This document shows, piece after piece, positions 36,337-45,875 of a stretch of 64,000 bases of DNA. The stretch covers positions 1,003 through 65,002 of the IMG/VR virus record IMGVR_UViG_3300033069_001603; one strand, written 5' to 3'. The notes under the pieces are model-generated. The model saw only the letters and a list, made by a program, of their open reading frames with translations, did no database searches and had not been told where the DNA came from. The first letter of the stretch is position 1. Each line of letters starts with the position of its first letter. The translations under genes were made by a program, and so were the position numbers. This DNA comes from a virus. Taxonomy: Duplodnaviria; Caudoviricetes.

Positions 36337-36619
36337 AATCGAAAAAGAAATGGTTAATTTAAAATTAGCCGGATTTACAAGCGACGAAGAAGACGACCTG
36401 ATGCATTTTGCAATGCTGTATGCCTGTTCAAAGTGTATGTTTGATAATGTCGAACTAAACATAAAGAAAAAGACTGTTTCTTTTGACAATTATATTGTAG
36501 CCTATATAGGTACAGGTTCTTGGTTTGATCGTTATAAACTTCACGATAAAGATAACAGATTCTTACATTCAACTGACAATATTGATACAGTTTTTAAATA
36601 TATATATTGTGGTGGATAG
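36329..36619 (+). CDS. Small LKLK-motif family protein
   Basis: MVNLKLAGF. Confidence 0.6.
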   Translation: MNKIEKEMVNLKLAGFTSDEEDDLMHFAMLYACSKCMFDNVELNIKKKTVSFDNYIVAYIGTGSWFDRYKLHDKDNRFLHSTDNIDTVFKYIYCGG

Positions 36620-36917
36620 CATGGATATGTTCCTAAAATTAAAATACGGAAATATCCTAAGTTCAGATTGCATTGCAGATATGTGTAAATTATTAACCAG
36701 GTTGAAATTAGAAAACATAGAATTTGAATTATCTATGTTTTCTAGCCCTGGGATCGTTATCCCTCAAGTAGTATTAAAAGGCGGCGATGTGTTAATTACC
36801 AACGACCAAGTATCATTATATATTGGCAAAGACAAAGACAACAACAATATAGAAGACGACTATTATTTCGACGAATACGATAGACTAATAATTGACATAA
36901 AAAAGATATTATGTTAA
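36609..36917 (+). CDS. Small LKLK-motif family protein; stop supplied by IS
   Basis: MFLKLKYG; TAA lies in the IS right end. Confidence 0.65.
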   Translation: MVDSMDMFLKLKYGNILSSDCIADMCKLLTRLKLENIEFELSMFSSPGIVIPQVVLKGGDVLITNDQVSLYIGKDKDNNNIEDDYYFDEYDRLIIDIKKILC

Positions 36918-37095
36918 CTACTTGATTCCTTTAGGAATCAAGCTTGCCTGTTCCATTTGTTAAACTATACACTCACCGCATTCGCAGTGCAATAGACTAT
37001 TAAGTTTTAACTACTAACAAATTTCTTCAAGGCCATTGGGATCTCGTTGATCCCACTACCCCTGTTGCCTGGGTAGGTACCGCCATATAAATCAA
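36897..37095 (-). ncRNA. TnpB omegaRNA scaffold plus guide, copy 2 (5' limit approximate)
   Basis: Conserved with copy 1, covarying hairpins. Confidence 0.7.
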
Positions 37096-38203
37096 CCAAT
37101 CCAAAATTAAGAATATTATTAGCCGCATTAATATCTCTATCATGCTCTGCATTGCAGTTGGGGCAAACCCAACTCCTAATATTTAGTTTTAGTTGATCTA
37201 ATTTAAAATTACAGCAACTACACGTCTTCGTTGATGGGGAATATCTCCCAATCTCATGATATGTCTTGCCATATAAATCGCACTTATATTTCACAAGCTG
37301 GGTCAGAAGTCCCCAGCTTGCAACACCGATTGCTCGTGCAATATTTTTATTTTTCATCAAACCCGAAACATTCAAATTTTCAAACACAACTGTGTCATAA
37401 TTACTTACTAGGTAATTACTAATCAAGTGATAATAATTGCGTTTTTGATTTGTTAAAGATTCATATAATTTAGCAACTTTAATCCGTTGCTTCTCGTAAT
37501 TATTGGAACCTTTTTGCTTGCGGGATAAGATCTTTTGTTGTTGCTTTAACAGCTTCGTGTTTTTTGATAGCTGCACATCTGGGTGTTGAAATTTTACTCC
37601 ATCGCTAGTAATAATTAAGTCTTTAATACCTAAGTCAACGCCTACGTCCTTACCCGTTAGGGGTTTTAGTGTAGTTGTTAATTCAACTAAAACAGAAATA
37701 AAATACTTACCCGAAGGAGTAAGTGATATTGTCGCCGACTTTATCTTACTACCTGTTGGGATATTTCTATGTTCTACGAAATCAATAGGTGTATCCAATC
37801 TTGGTATTTTAATTCCGTCGGATGTAATTTTAACATCTCTAGTTCGAAATGATTGACTGTTTGATTTCTTCTTAAAAATTGGTTTATTTAATTTTTTACC
37901 TTTTCGTTTACCACTTACGGACTTGAAGAAATTATTATAAGCCATACCTAGATCAGCAGATGCATTTTTAAGTATACTATCGTCGATATCTGCAAGCCAG
38001 CTAGTGCTATCTTGCTTTTTCAGATCAGTTATTAATAAATTACAATCAAACGCAGAGAGATGTGGTATTTTGTTTTTATAATTTTCAAGATTGACAAATA
38101 GGAAGTAATTATACACCCAACGTTTTGCGCCAAAGGCGCAACGTAGATATTGCTGCTGTTCTGCAGTTGGGTATAATCGATATTTAAAAGACATATAATC
38201 CAT
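37007..38203 (-). CDS. tnpB: RNA-guided endonuclease TnpB
   Basis: All RuvC D-E-D residues and Zn finger present; start set at MDYMSF by analogy to copy 1. Confidence 0.95.
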   Translation of the reverse strand: MDYMSFKYRLYPTAEQQQYLRCAFGAKRWVYNYFLFVNLENYKNKIPHLSAFDCNLLITDLKKQDSTSWLADIDDSILKNASADLGMAYNNFFKSVSGKRKGKKLNKPIFKKKSNSQSFRTRDVKITSDGIKIPRLDTPIDFVEHRNIPTGSKIKSATISLTPSGKYFISVLVELTTTLKPLTGKDVGVDLGIKDLIITSDGVKFQHPDVQLSKNTKLLKQQQKILSRKQKGSNNYEKQRIKVAKLYESLTNQKRNYYHLISNYLVSNYDTVVFENLNVSGLMKNKNIARAIGVASWGLLTQLVKYKCDLYGKTYHEIGRYSPSTKTCSCCNFKLDQLKLNIRSWVCPNCNAEHDRDINAANNILNFGLVDLYGGTYPGNRGSGINEIPMALKKFVSS

Positions 38204-38228
38204 AATTTTATTTATCAATTATTATATA

Positions 38229-38257
38229 TTGCTTTGTTTTTTGTTTTGCCGTATAAT
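38229..38257 (+). promoter_or_regulatory. Outward-facing sigma70 promoter in IS left end
   Basis: TTGCTT-17-TATAAT. Confidence 0.7.
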
Positions 38258-38332
38258 ATGCATCTAAATCATACAAAGGAGGAAGGGCATACCCCTAACC
38301 CTAAAGGGATTAGGTTTCCTTGCCCTGTTTTG

Positions 38333-38662
38333 ATGAACAACAATAAAAAAACAATGATGTTACGTTTATTATATACATCTAAAATTCTACCAGATAGTGC
38401 CCTATCTAAATTTGCATCTGTTTTAGAAGAGCTTGAAAAACAAGGAATCGATTTCGAACTCACTACACACGTAAATAAAAGTCCTATTATCTTATTAAAG
38501 GGTTGCGACATAATTATGTTTACTTCATCTAGGGGCGAAAATATCTTTTGTTTTCACGTAGGAGAAAATTACAATAATAATAAATATGTATCTGATATAA
38601 ATATTAACAACCTAACCGACGACATCAAAAAAATCAAGTTGGAATTTTTAGATGAAAAATAA
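38333..38662 (+). CDS. Small LKLK-motif family protein
   Basis: MNNNKKTMMLRLLY; true start at IS boundary. Confidence 0.65.
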   Translation: MNNNKKTMMLRLLYTSKILPDSALSKFASVLEELEKQGIDFELTTHVNKSPIILLKGCDIIMFTSSRGENIFCFHVGENYNNNKYVSDININNLTDDIKKIKLEFLDEK

Positions 38663-38969
38663 TTTCGAAATGTTCCTCCGTCTTAAATATTCAAATGAGA
38701 TTTTCTCTGCAGATCAAGTTGTTCCTTCTGCGAAATTATTGTGCAAATTAGAAAAAGAAGGTTACAAAATTAAATCATTTGGCACCTACGACAATTCAGA
38801 TGCACATTTTATATTTGACTGTTTCGATATTATCCCTGTCTCTGTTAACAATACTGTACTTTTTGAATTATATTTCGGCGACGATCCGCTTGAAAGTAGA
38901 ATAGCTAAAACGTACAGAGCCAACGAAGTTAGCAGAATTATTAAGGATATAAAAAACAATGTTGAATAA
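38652..38969 (+). CDS. Small LKLK-motif family protein
   Basis: MFLRLKYS. Confidence 0.65.
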   Translation: MKNNFEMFLRLKYSNEIFSADQVVPSAKLLCKLEKEGYKIKSFGTYDNSDAHFIFDCFDIIPVSVNNTVLFELYFGDDPLESRIAKTYRANEVSRIIKDIKNNVE

Positions 38970-39261
38970 AATTAAATTGTTTGTAAAATTGGCATGCCAC
39001 AATTCTTATAGCAACCAACGTCTGCTAGAAATATACAATTTAATCACCGTTGTTGAAGAATACGGTTACCAGTGTACTTTTGATGTATACGATGACAGAC
39101 TAAATCTCCTCTTTGAAGGTTTTGACATATTATGTTATTTAAGTCATAATGTTTTATTTGTGGGCGAAAACAATTTAGATTCTAAACGCAGAGGCGAAGC
39201 TACCTGCGAAAACATAGAGTGCATGTTATTACGCTTTGGCATGTTATGCAAAAAGAGTTAA
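38959..39261 (+). CDS. Small LKLK-motif family protein
   Basis: LFVKLAC. Confidence 0.55.
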   Translation: MLNKIKLFVKLACHNSYSNQRLLEIYNLITVVEEYGYQCTFDVYDDRLNLLFEGFDILCYLSHNVLFVGENNLDSKRRGEATCENIECMLLRFGMLCKKS

Positions 39262-39497
39262 TGTTGCTTAAAATTAAGTACCCAGAATTAAACCGTGTCG
39301 GATTAAAAAGACTATGGTTAATTGGGAAATTCTACAGCTATAAAGTAATCTACATTGATTATGGTAAAGTTGAAATTATGGTTAGAATAAAGGATAAAAA
39401 TATAAGTGTCGGTTATTCAAAGAGATATTTTCCTTATTGTGACGGTTTTAATCTTAGGACAAGAAGGTTTAAGGATTTAATCAAATATGTAGGTTGA
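39246..39497 (+). CDS. Small LKLK-motif family protein
   Basis: ELMLLKIKYP. Confidence 0.65.
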   Translation: MQKELMLLKIKYPELNRVGLKRLWLIGKFYSYKVIYIDYGKVEIMVRIKDKNISVGYSKRYFPYCDGFNLRTRRFKDLIKYVG

Positions 39498-39552
39498 CAT
39501 GCATACTAATTTATGTTATATTTAGCCCACGTTAATAGTTAGGAGACAGTAC

Positions 39553-40026
39553 ATGCTATACTCGATTACACAATGCGGACAAAATGCACGTCAACTATGC
39601 ACTGTTGACGAAGAAAATAAGACAGTATCGACAACAGAATGCGGTTTAGTATTTGATTTTAGAGATTTAGACGGATGGACATTTATTACTAGTCGGCATT
39701 GCACATTCATCACAGGTCATATGTGCAATTTTACAACCGAAGAAGATTGTATTTTTAATACTCTTTCTTGCTGTACTTTTAATACTAGAAATTATTGTGT
39801 TTTTAATGTTAGTAGCGATTGCACATTTACGACTGGGGATAAATGTGCAATTATAAGGCAAGATTGTTTCGAAGTAATACAACCGGAACCAAATAAAACC
39901 ATTAAATTAAACAACGTGTATGTGCCGGGTTATACAACCGTTAAACCGATAACTAGAATAGTAACATTAGAACTAACTGAATCACAAATCGAATCTATGC
40001 GTCAACAAGGCATAAATGTAGATTGA
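39553..40026 (+). CDS. Protein with 8-residue CxFxT repeats (probable beta-helix)
   Basis: CTFITGHM CNFTTEED CIFNTLSC CTFNTRNY CVFNVSSD CTFTTGDK; own promoter and SD. Confidence 0.7.
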   Translation: MLYSITQCGQNARQLCTVDEENKTVSTTECGLVFDFRDLDGWTFITSRHCTFITGHMCNFTTEEDCIFNTLSCCTFNTRNYCVFNVSSDCTFTTGDKCAIIRQDCFEVIQPEPNKTIKLNNVYVPGYTTVKPITRIVTLELTESQIESMRQQGINVD

Positions 40027-40077
40027 CAACCCCACCGACTTATGCTATTATTAGCCTAAGTTAATGAGGAACATGAT

Positions 40078-40800
40078 ATGTTTGTGCTTTTTTCAAATTT
40101 GTTTTTAGTCGTTGCGCTTTTATATTTTGCAAAAATAGCAGTAACTCAACCGTGGCACTTTTTATGCTTCGTGATTTGTTGGTCGCTTGCAGTTGGATAT
40201 CCTTGGTTTTGGTATTATATTTCAACTACATATGGAAGCCAAAGCGAAACACTTGATAAATTTTGTCACTTAATAGTTTTTACAACTCCAATTATATGGA
40301 TTATTACTTTGCGGCCGTCTTGGCAAGAAAGATGTACTGCATATCTAGTTAATCTTGTAGCAGATAAAACCAAATGTATACCTCCGTGTAATTCAAGCAT
40401 TGATGTATGGTATTTGAAAAGTGTAGAAAAAGATATGCCGTGTTATGCTTATGCTGCACTTTTAGATTCTATGTCAAAAGGTCCTATTGCAGATTACAAC
40501 ACAAGAGAATACGTGCGTGACTTTCTTAAAGCAAGAGATTTAGATAAGGACGGACTTAAAAGAGTTGCAGAGGAAAAATTAAAAAAAGAGCAAGCGGAAT
40601 TAATTAAAAAGGAACAAGAAGAAAAGAAAAACGCACTTGCGAAAGAACGGTCCGAAATGACTAGCGAATATAGAGAATACGATATTGAAATGTGCAACAA
40701 AGGTAACGACCCAAGATTAATGACTAAAGAAGAGCTAAGTCTTTCTTTTAGACGTTGGAAGAAAGACATGTACATTCGCAGAAGGAATTCAGAACTATGA
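40078..40800 (+). CDS. Membrane protein with C-terminal coiled coil
   Basis: Three hydrophobic helices then EK-rich helix; own promoter. Confidence 0.7.
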   Translation: MFVLFSNLFLVVALLYFAKIAVTQPWHFLCFVICWSLAVGYPWFWYYISTTYGSQSETLDKFCHLIVFTTPIIWIITLRPSWQERCTAYLVNLVADKTKCIPPCNSSIDVWYLKSVEKDMPCYAYAALLDSMSKGPIADYNTREYVRDFLKARDLDKDGLKRVAEEKLKKEQAELIKKEQEEKKNALAKERSEMTSEYREYDIEMCNKGNDPRLMTKEELSLSFRRWKKDMYIRRRNSEL

Positions 40801-40940
40801 TAGCTTTAATTGTAATGTGGCTGTATTTTATGGTTTGCTGTTTATCTGCATTATATGGTGCAAAAGTTAAAAGTAGCCAATTAATCTCAGTCTCTTTAAT
40901 AATGTCAATTTCGTCTCTGGCAACTATATGGTTACTATAA
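40797..40940 (+). CDS. Small membrane protein
   Basis: ATGA overlap; hydrophobic. Confidence 0.5.
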   Translation: MIALIVMWLYFMVCCLSALYGAKVKSSQLISVSLIMSISSLATIWLL

Positions 40941-41242
40941 AATCACAATTCTACAAAAAATATAACCAGAATATGCTTTATTTTAAATTATATAGGCCTA
41001 CATGGTCTTATGTTTTTAACCGGAGAATTTCTAAAATTAAGGCGATATTAGAATTGTACGGTATTAAAGTTGAAATAACAGACAGATTATACATCTCAGA
41101 CAAATATTACTTAACTTACGATTTATCTCGCCGAGGGGACGATTATAGGATTCATGATAAAAAAGGCAGAGAAACCTTAGATGAGCTAAAGACGTTAAAA
41201 CAGGTGGCAAAATATTTAGAGGCTGATCATGTCGATTGTTAA
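40928..41242 (+). CDS. Small LKLK-motif family protein
   Basis: MLYFKLYRP. Confidence 0.55.
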   Translation: MVTIKSQFYKKYNQNMLYFKLYRPTWSYVFNRRISKIKAILELYGIKVEITDRLYISDKYYLTYDLSRRGDDYRIHDKKGRETLDELKTLKQVAKYLEADHVDC

Positions 41243-41546
41243 CCGGATAAACAAGAAAAGGGTTAATTTAAAATTAGCAGGCCAATTCTCCAACAGTTAT
41301 AGAAATAATAGAAGGTTTGCAATTGCAGCTACTATCCTTGAACTTTACGATATTAAATACGACATTGTTAAAACGGACGGTTATAATTCTTTTTTAGTTA
41401 ACAACTCTTATCACCTATACAGATATACCGATATTAAAAAGTGGGGTTTAGTACCTGGCGCAATTATAACAGAACGTCCCGACGAAGTTTTATACTACCA
41501 CAAAATCAAACATATTGCCGAGGACATAAAAAAGTGCAAGATTTGA
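41229..41546 (+). CDS. Small LKLK-motif family protein
   Basis: VNLKLAG. Confidence 0.6.
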   Translation: MSIVNRINKKRVNLKLAGQFSNSYRNNRRFAIAATILELYDIKYDIVKTDGYNSFLVNNSYHLYRYTDIKKWGLVPGAIITERPDEVLYYHKIKHIAEDIKKCKI

Positions 41547-41830
41547 TGAAGCTCATTAACAATAAGATGATGGTTTTGAAATTACAAGACGGTGTCCGCA
41601 AACAAGATCTTAAGAAATGGGCGATACTTGAAGCACGTATGGAATTATATAAGGTACCGTATATTACTTCGACTGACGAATTTAGATGTGGGAAATACTT
41701 AGTCTGTTGGTCAGACTCATCTAAAGACTGGGGAATATGGAATAATAAAGGTAATCCATGGATTAAAGTGTGCCGTTCAAAAAGAACAAGAGATATAGTT
41801 AATTTCCTATTGGACAAAAATAATACTTGA
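41546..41830 (+). CDS. Small LKLK-motif family protein
   Basis: MMVLKLQDG. Confidence 0.6.
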   Translation: MKLINNKMMVLKLQDGVRKQDLKKWAILEARMELYKVPYITSTDEFRCGKYLVCWSDSSKDWGIWNNKGNPWIKVCRSKRTRDIVNFLLDKNNT

Positions 41831-41888
41831 CAAGCACACCGAGTTGTGCAATAATGTTTTCACATTAACGCAAAGCAGGAACACAAAC

Positions 41889-42989
41889 ATGCAAAAACAG
41901 GTAAAAGTAATTAACGGAAGCTGGCGCGGTATACCAGTACGTAATAAGCTTTTTACAGTAAAAAGAGAATGGATGCCCAAAGAAGATGCAGGTTATGTTA
42001 TTGTACACGGTACAAGAGAAGGCGGTCTCGATGACTGTGCATGCCGAATTAAATGCCAACGTTCAGACATTGAATATGTAACTGGAGATGTAATCATGAC
42101 AGAAGAAGATGCAAACACAGTAGAACAGAAAATTTCAAATCAACTTGGCAGCAATCAAGATTTCGAAAAAATATATCTGGAAAACGAAACCGAAGAAGAA
42201 GCAATGATTCGCATCAATAAAAGCTTCACAATGTACGAAGACATTGTTAAAGCAACCTGCGATGGTACAATTCGCGGTCTTATTGTATGTGGCCCTCCAG
42301 GTATTGGCAAATCATACACAGTTGAGGATGTTCTTAATCGTCGCTCTATGACACAGAAACTTCGCAACGGTGAATCGAATTTCCAAATCATCAAAGGTTA
42401 TGCGTCACCTATTAACATTTATAAGGCGCTGTATAATTTTTCAGCAGCCAATAACATTATCGTATTTGATGATTGCGACGATGCATTGTTGGACGATACT
42501 GCCCTTAACATTCTAAAAGCTGCACTTGACAGCGGCGAAACTAGAACTATCAACTGGCTAGCAGAGAGCAGAACATTAAAAGCAGAAGAGATTCCACCTT
42601 TCTTTGACTTCAAAGGCAGTGTAATCTTCCTTACAAATTATGACTTTGAACGCACAACATCGCAGCGTTTAAAAGCCCATATGGATGCCATGTTGTCGCG
42701 CTGCCACTATTTAGATTTAAATATTAGTCACCAACGTGACCAACTGCTCCGCATCAAACAAGTAGTAGAAGGCGGTGCAATACTTGCCAATTACGATTTC
42801 GAAGGCGATGAAGCAGCGGAGATTATTCAGTATATTTTTGACAATGCCGACTACTTGCGCGAACTTAGCCTGCGTATGGTTAAGAAAATCGCGGACTTGC
42901 GTAAAGCAAGACCGCGTGATTGGAAAGTGTTTGTTGAAAGCACTTGCCTAAAACGCCAAGCCAAATATGCAAGAATGTTAGGCAAATAA
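41889..42989 (+). CDS. Phage AAA-family ATPase
   Basis: GPPGIGKS, VFDDCD, LNILKAALD; promoter TTGACA-17-AATAAT at 41827. Confidence 0.85.
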   Translation: MQKQVKVINGSWRGIPVRNKLFTVKREWMPKEDAGYVIVHGTREGGLDDCACRIKCQRSDIEYVTGDVIMTEEDANTVEQKISNQLGSNQDFEKIYLENETEEEAMIRINKSFTMYEDIVKATCDGTIRGLIVCGPPGIGKSYTVEDVLNRRSMTQKLRNGESNFQIIKGYASPINIYKALYNFSAANNIIVFDDCDDALLDDTALNILKAALDSGETRTINWLAESRTLKAEEIPPFFDFKGSVIFLTNYDFERTTSQRLKAHMDAMLSRCHYLDLNISHQRDQLLRIKQVVEGGAILANYDFEGDEAAEIIQYIFDNADYLRELSLRMVKKIADLRKARPRDWKVFVESTCLKRQAKYARMLGK

Positions 42990-42990
42990 C

Positions 42991-43317
42991 ATGTCAACTG
43001 TTGATAGTAGGATACTTTATTACAAGTTAAGGTACCCTACTATCGGCACAACAGATTACCTAACAAATATTGCAACAGTAAGCCATTACCTCAACGAAGA
43101 AAATATGTCGTGCATTGAATACGAATACCACGGCACTTTGCATTTCATTTTTAGGCAATACCAGATTTATCCTTGCCGTTATGTGAATGTAGGAATATGC
43201 AATTTAATAATAGATAATCAACAGTTATTCGAGGGCGATATAAAGGACATTATATTGTTTGTAAAAAATAACAACTTGACAACTATCCAAGATAGTGCTA
43301 ATATTACAGCAAGTTAA
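42991..43317 (+). CDS. Small LKLK-motif family protein
   Basis: MSTVDSRILYYKLRYP. Confidence 0.6.
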   Translation: MSTVDSRILYYKLRYPTIGTTDYLTNIATVSHYLNEENMSCIEYEYHGTLHFIFRQYQIYPCRYVNVGICNLIIDNQQLFEGDIKDIILFVKNNNLTTIQDSANITAS

Positions 43318-43336
43318 TTAGACATAGGAAGCAGAT

Positions 43337-44707
43337 ATGCACTCCGATCAAATTCTCAACGTAATTGAACAAATTGCTGCAAACCCTTCTAAGAATGCAA
43401 AACAAGACATTCTCAAAGAACATTTACAAGCGGCATCAAATTTCAAAGATGTGATTGTGTTTGCACTCGATCCTGTTAGCACATACGGCATTAAGAAAAT
43501 ACCATCGCAAACAAAAGAAGGCGATTGCGGTTTTAGCAACACTACACGTTCCCTTTTGGTTAGCCTACAACAACGTAAGTTAACTGGACATGCTGCACTT
43601 GCTGCTGTACAAGATGAGATGGATAAGCTTACTGCGGCATCTGCAGAGTTACTTAAACGTGTAATTTCGAAAGACTTACGCGCAGGATTTAGTGCGTCAA
43701 CTGTTAACAAAGCATGTAAAGATACCATTAAAGATTTTCCTTACATGCGTTGCAGTTCTTTTAATCGCGAGAAGTTGAAAAAATTTAACTGGACAGATGG
43801 TGTGTTTGCACAAGAAAAAGCAGACGCAATGTTTATGAATTTAAACCACGACATAACAGGCGATGTTTCTTTGTCAAGTCGACAAGGTTCGGAATACCCA
43901 ATTGAAAAGCTTTCAAGTTTGGTAAACGAAGTTAAAGCAACACTTAAAACTAACACACAAACACACGGCGAACTGGTTGTGCTAAGAGATGGACAACGGT
44001 TACCACGAGAGCTGTCAAACGGTATTATGAATCACGTCGAGAACGGCGGTGATTTTGCAGACAACGAATACCCTATCTTTTTAGTGTGGGATCAGATACC
44101 ACTTACAAATGCAGTATCGAAAGGAAAGTACAACGTTGGCTATGCAGATAGATTTAAAGAATTGTCAAGCCAGTTAACAGTTAACACAACACATCTCCAG
44201 TTAATCGAAACAAAGGTTTTACACAGTGTAGAAGATGCAATGTTGTTTTACGCTGAAAAGTTGCAAGAAAATAAAGAAGGCATTATTATTAAAGACCCAG
44301 CTGGTATGTGGGCGGACAATACGTCTACCCTACAAATGAAACTGAAACTTGAGTTTGATGTCGAGCTCGAAGTAGTCGGTTTTGAAGCTGGCAAAGGTAA
44401 AAATGCAAAAACATTCGGATCTTTAATTTGCAAATCATCAGACGGTAATGTTATAGTGTCTGCTGCAGGCTTTAAAGAAAAACCAGGTAAAGGTGTAGTT
44501 ACACGAGATACGATCTGGGCTGAAAAAGATAGCTGGATTGGTAAGATTGTAACTGTACGTGCAAACGATATTATGTATCCTAAGAAAGAAGGCGAAGCAC
44601 ATTCGCTTTATCTCCCAAGGTTTATCGAGGAGCGTAAAGATAAAAGTGAAGCAGATAGCCTCGCTAGGATAATCGAACAGAAAGAAGCTGCGATGGATTC
44701 GAAATGA
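43337..44707 (+). CDS. lig: ATP-dependent DNA ligase (T4 gp30-like)
   Basis: EKADA (motif I), HGEL, EGIIIK (IV), KLK (V), LYLPRF (VI). Confidence 0.9.
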   Translation: MHSDQILNVIEQIAANPSKNAKQDILKEHLQAASNFKDVIVFALDPVSTYGIKKIPSQTKEGDCGFSNTTRSLLVSLQQRKLTGHAALAAVQDEMDKLTAASAELLKRVISKDLRAGFSASTVNKACKDTIKDFPYMRCSSFNREKLKKFNWTDGVFAQEKADAMFMNLNHDITGDVSLSSRQGSEYPIEKLSSLVNEVKATLKTNTQTHGELVVLRDGQRLPRELSNGIMNHVENGGDFADNEYPIFLVWDQIPLTNAVSKGKYNVGYADRFKELSSQLTVNTTHLQLIETKVLHSVEDAMLFYAEKLQENKEGIIIKDPAGMWADNTSTLQMKLKLEFDVELEVVGFEAGKGKNAKTFGSLICKSSDGNVIVSAAGFKEKPGKGVVTRDTIWAEKDSWIGKIVTVRANDIMYPKKEGEAHSLYLPRFIEERKDKSEADSLARIIEQKEAAMDSK

Positions 44708-45021
44708 ACATTGAGCATTTAAAAATATTTAATAGATTAGCGTACAATATTAAATCTAATCTGGAGTGGTTTTGTATATTTGAGATGCGTTTAGTAGATG
44801 AAAAGATACCGTATGAGATATTCGAAGGTACTCCTAAAAATGCAACTGACTCGCCTTGTTTTAAAGTAGGTAGCTATAATATATGGGTTCACTCTGGTAG
44901 CGAAGAAGGTTACAATATTTTCGGTATAACTGGCTATATTAGTACGATTAAAAAGACAGACGATGTGATACAATTTTTGAGGTATAGGACATGGCACCCA
45001 CTAACACAGAAACAATGGTAA
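44704..45021 (+). CDS. Hypothetical protein
   Basis: ATGA-coupled to ligase. Confidence 0.6.
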   Translation: MNIEHLKIFNRLAYNIKSNLEWFCIFEMRLVDEKIPYEIFEGTPKNATDSPCFKVGSYNIWVHSGSEEGYNIFGITGYISTIKKTDDVIQFLRYRTWHPLTQKQW

Positions 45022-45377
45022 ACGTAATCAAACGCCCAGCTTTTTATAAATTAGTTGCAGCTCACGACAATGTAATTAAAAATAAAGACATTACCGACCA
45101 TACTGTTTTGCTTGACGATTTTATTAACCTTGCTTTCGAATTAGTTGATCATTCAAACGAGTTAACAGCCGACGAAGTATCTCAAATAAAGGAAATTTTT
45201 AAGCATGGAAAACATAAAGACATATTCGATAACCATGATGGTATATCAGATCGTGTTGCAGTTACATGTATAATGAAAAGCATGTTTACAGATCACAACT
45301 TAAAAATCAACGCACAAGCGAGTACGACATTCAGAAATAAATTTTATCCTTATTACGGTAAAGCAATACTAGGTTAA
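44991..45377 (+). CDS. Hypothetical helical protein, tandem paralog A
   Basis: KLVAAHDNVI...AFELVDHS. Confidence 0.65.
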   Translation: MAPTNTETMVNVIKRPAFYKLVAAHDNVIKNKDITDHTVLLDDFINLAFELVDHSNELTADEVSQIKEIFKHGKHKDIFDNHDGISDRVAVTCIMKSMFTDHNLKINAQASTTFRNKFYPYYGKAILG

Positions 45378-45388
45378 AGGAGAATATT

Positions 45389-45739
45389 ATGTCAACTATC
45401 CAGAAATTAATTGCAGTTCACGACTATGTGATAGCAAACAAAGACACTAGAGGCGATAACCACGGTGTTTTAATTAACGGTTTCATTGATACTGCATTTG
45501 AATTAGTAGATCACTCTACTCCTCTTACAGACGACGAAAAGGAACAGATAGGAAACATTATTAATACGGGCAATTACAAAAGCATATTTAATAACGATGA
45601 TTACAATTTATCCGATCATACCGCAATTGTTTCTTTAATTCAAAGTATGATCAAAAACAATATGGTTCCGCCTAGATACGAATCGTTTAAAACTAAATTT
45701 TTCCCTTATTACTGTGATGCAATTCTTAATAGGAAATAA
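45389..45739 (+). CDS. Hypothetical helical protein, tandem paralog B
   Basis: KLIAVHDYVI...AFELVDHS. Confidence 0.7.
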   Translation: MSTIQKLIAVHDYVIANKDTRGDNHGVLINGFIDTAFELVDHSTPLTDDEKEQIGNIINTGNYKSIFNNDDYNLSDHTAIVSLIQSMIKNNMVPPRYESFKTKFFPYYCDAILNRK

Positions 45740-45875
45740 ACGTGAAATTCGATATAGATAGATTTTTATCGCCCATAGTTGCATTTCTAATAACCGTGAT
45801 GATTCTAGGTTCGATTGGGTTTGTACTTTATCAAGCAGTTGAACATTCAACTATTGTTAGAACAGGAGCAAAATC

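Larger units (their letters stand above)
36913..38332 (-). mobile_element. IS200/IS605-family non-autonomous element (tnpB only), copy 2
   Basis: Ends match copy 1; removal restores ...IKKILYEQQ* overlapping the next ATG. Confidence 0.9.

Noticed and set aside
38234-38332. ORF-track N-terminal extension MFFVLPYNMHL... of gene 38333
   Set aside because: It lies inside the IS left end and starts within the promoter; the motif-bearing protein begins at ATG 38333
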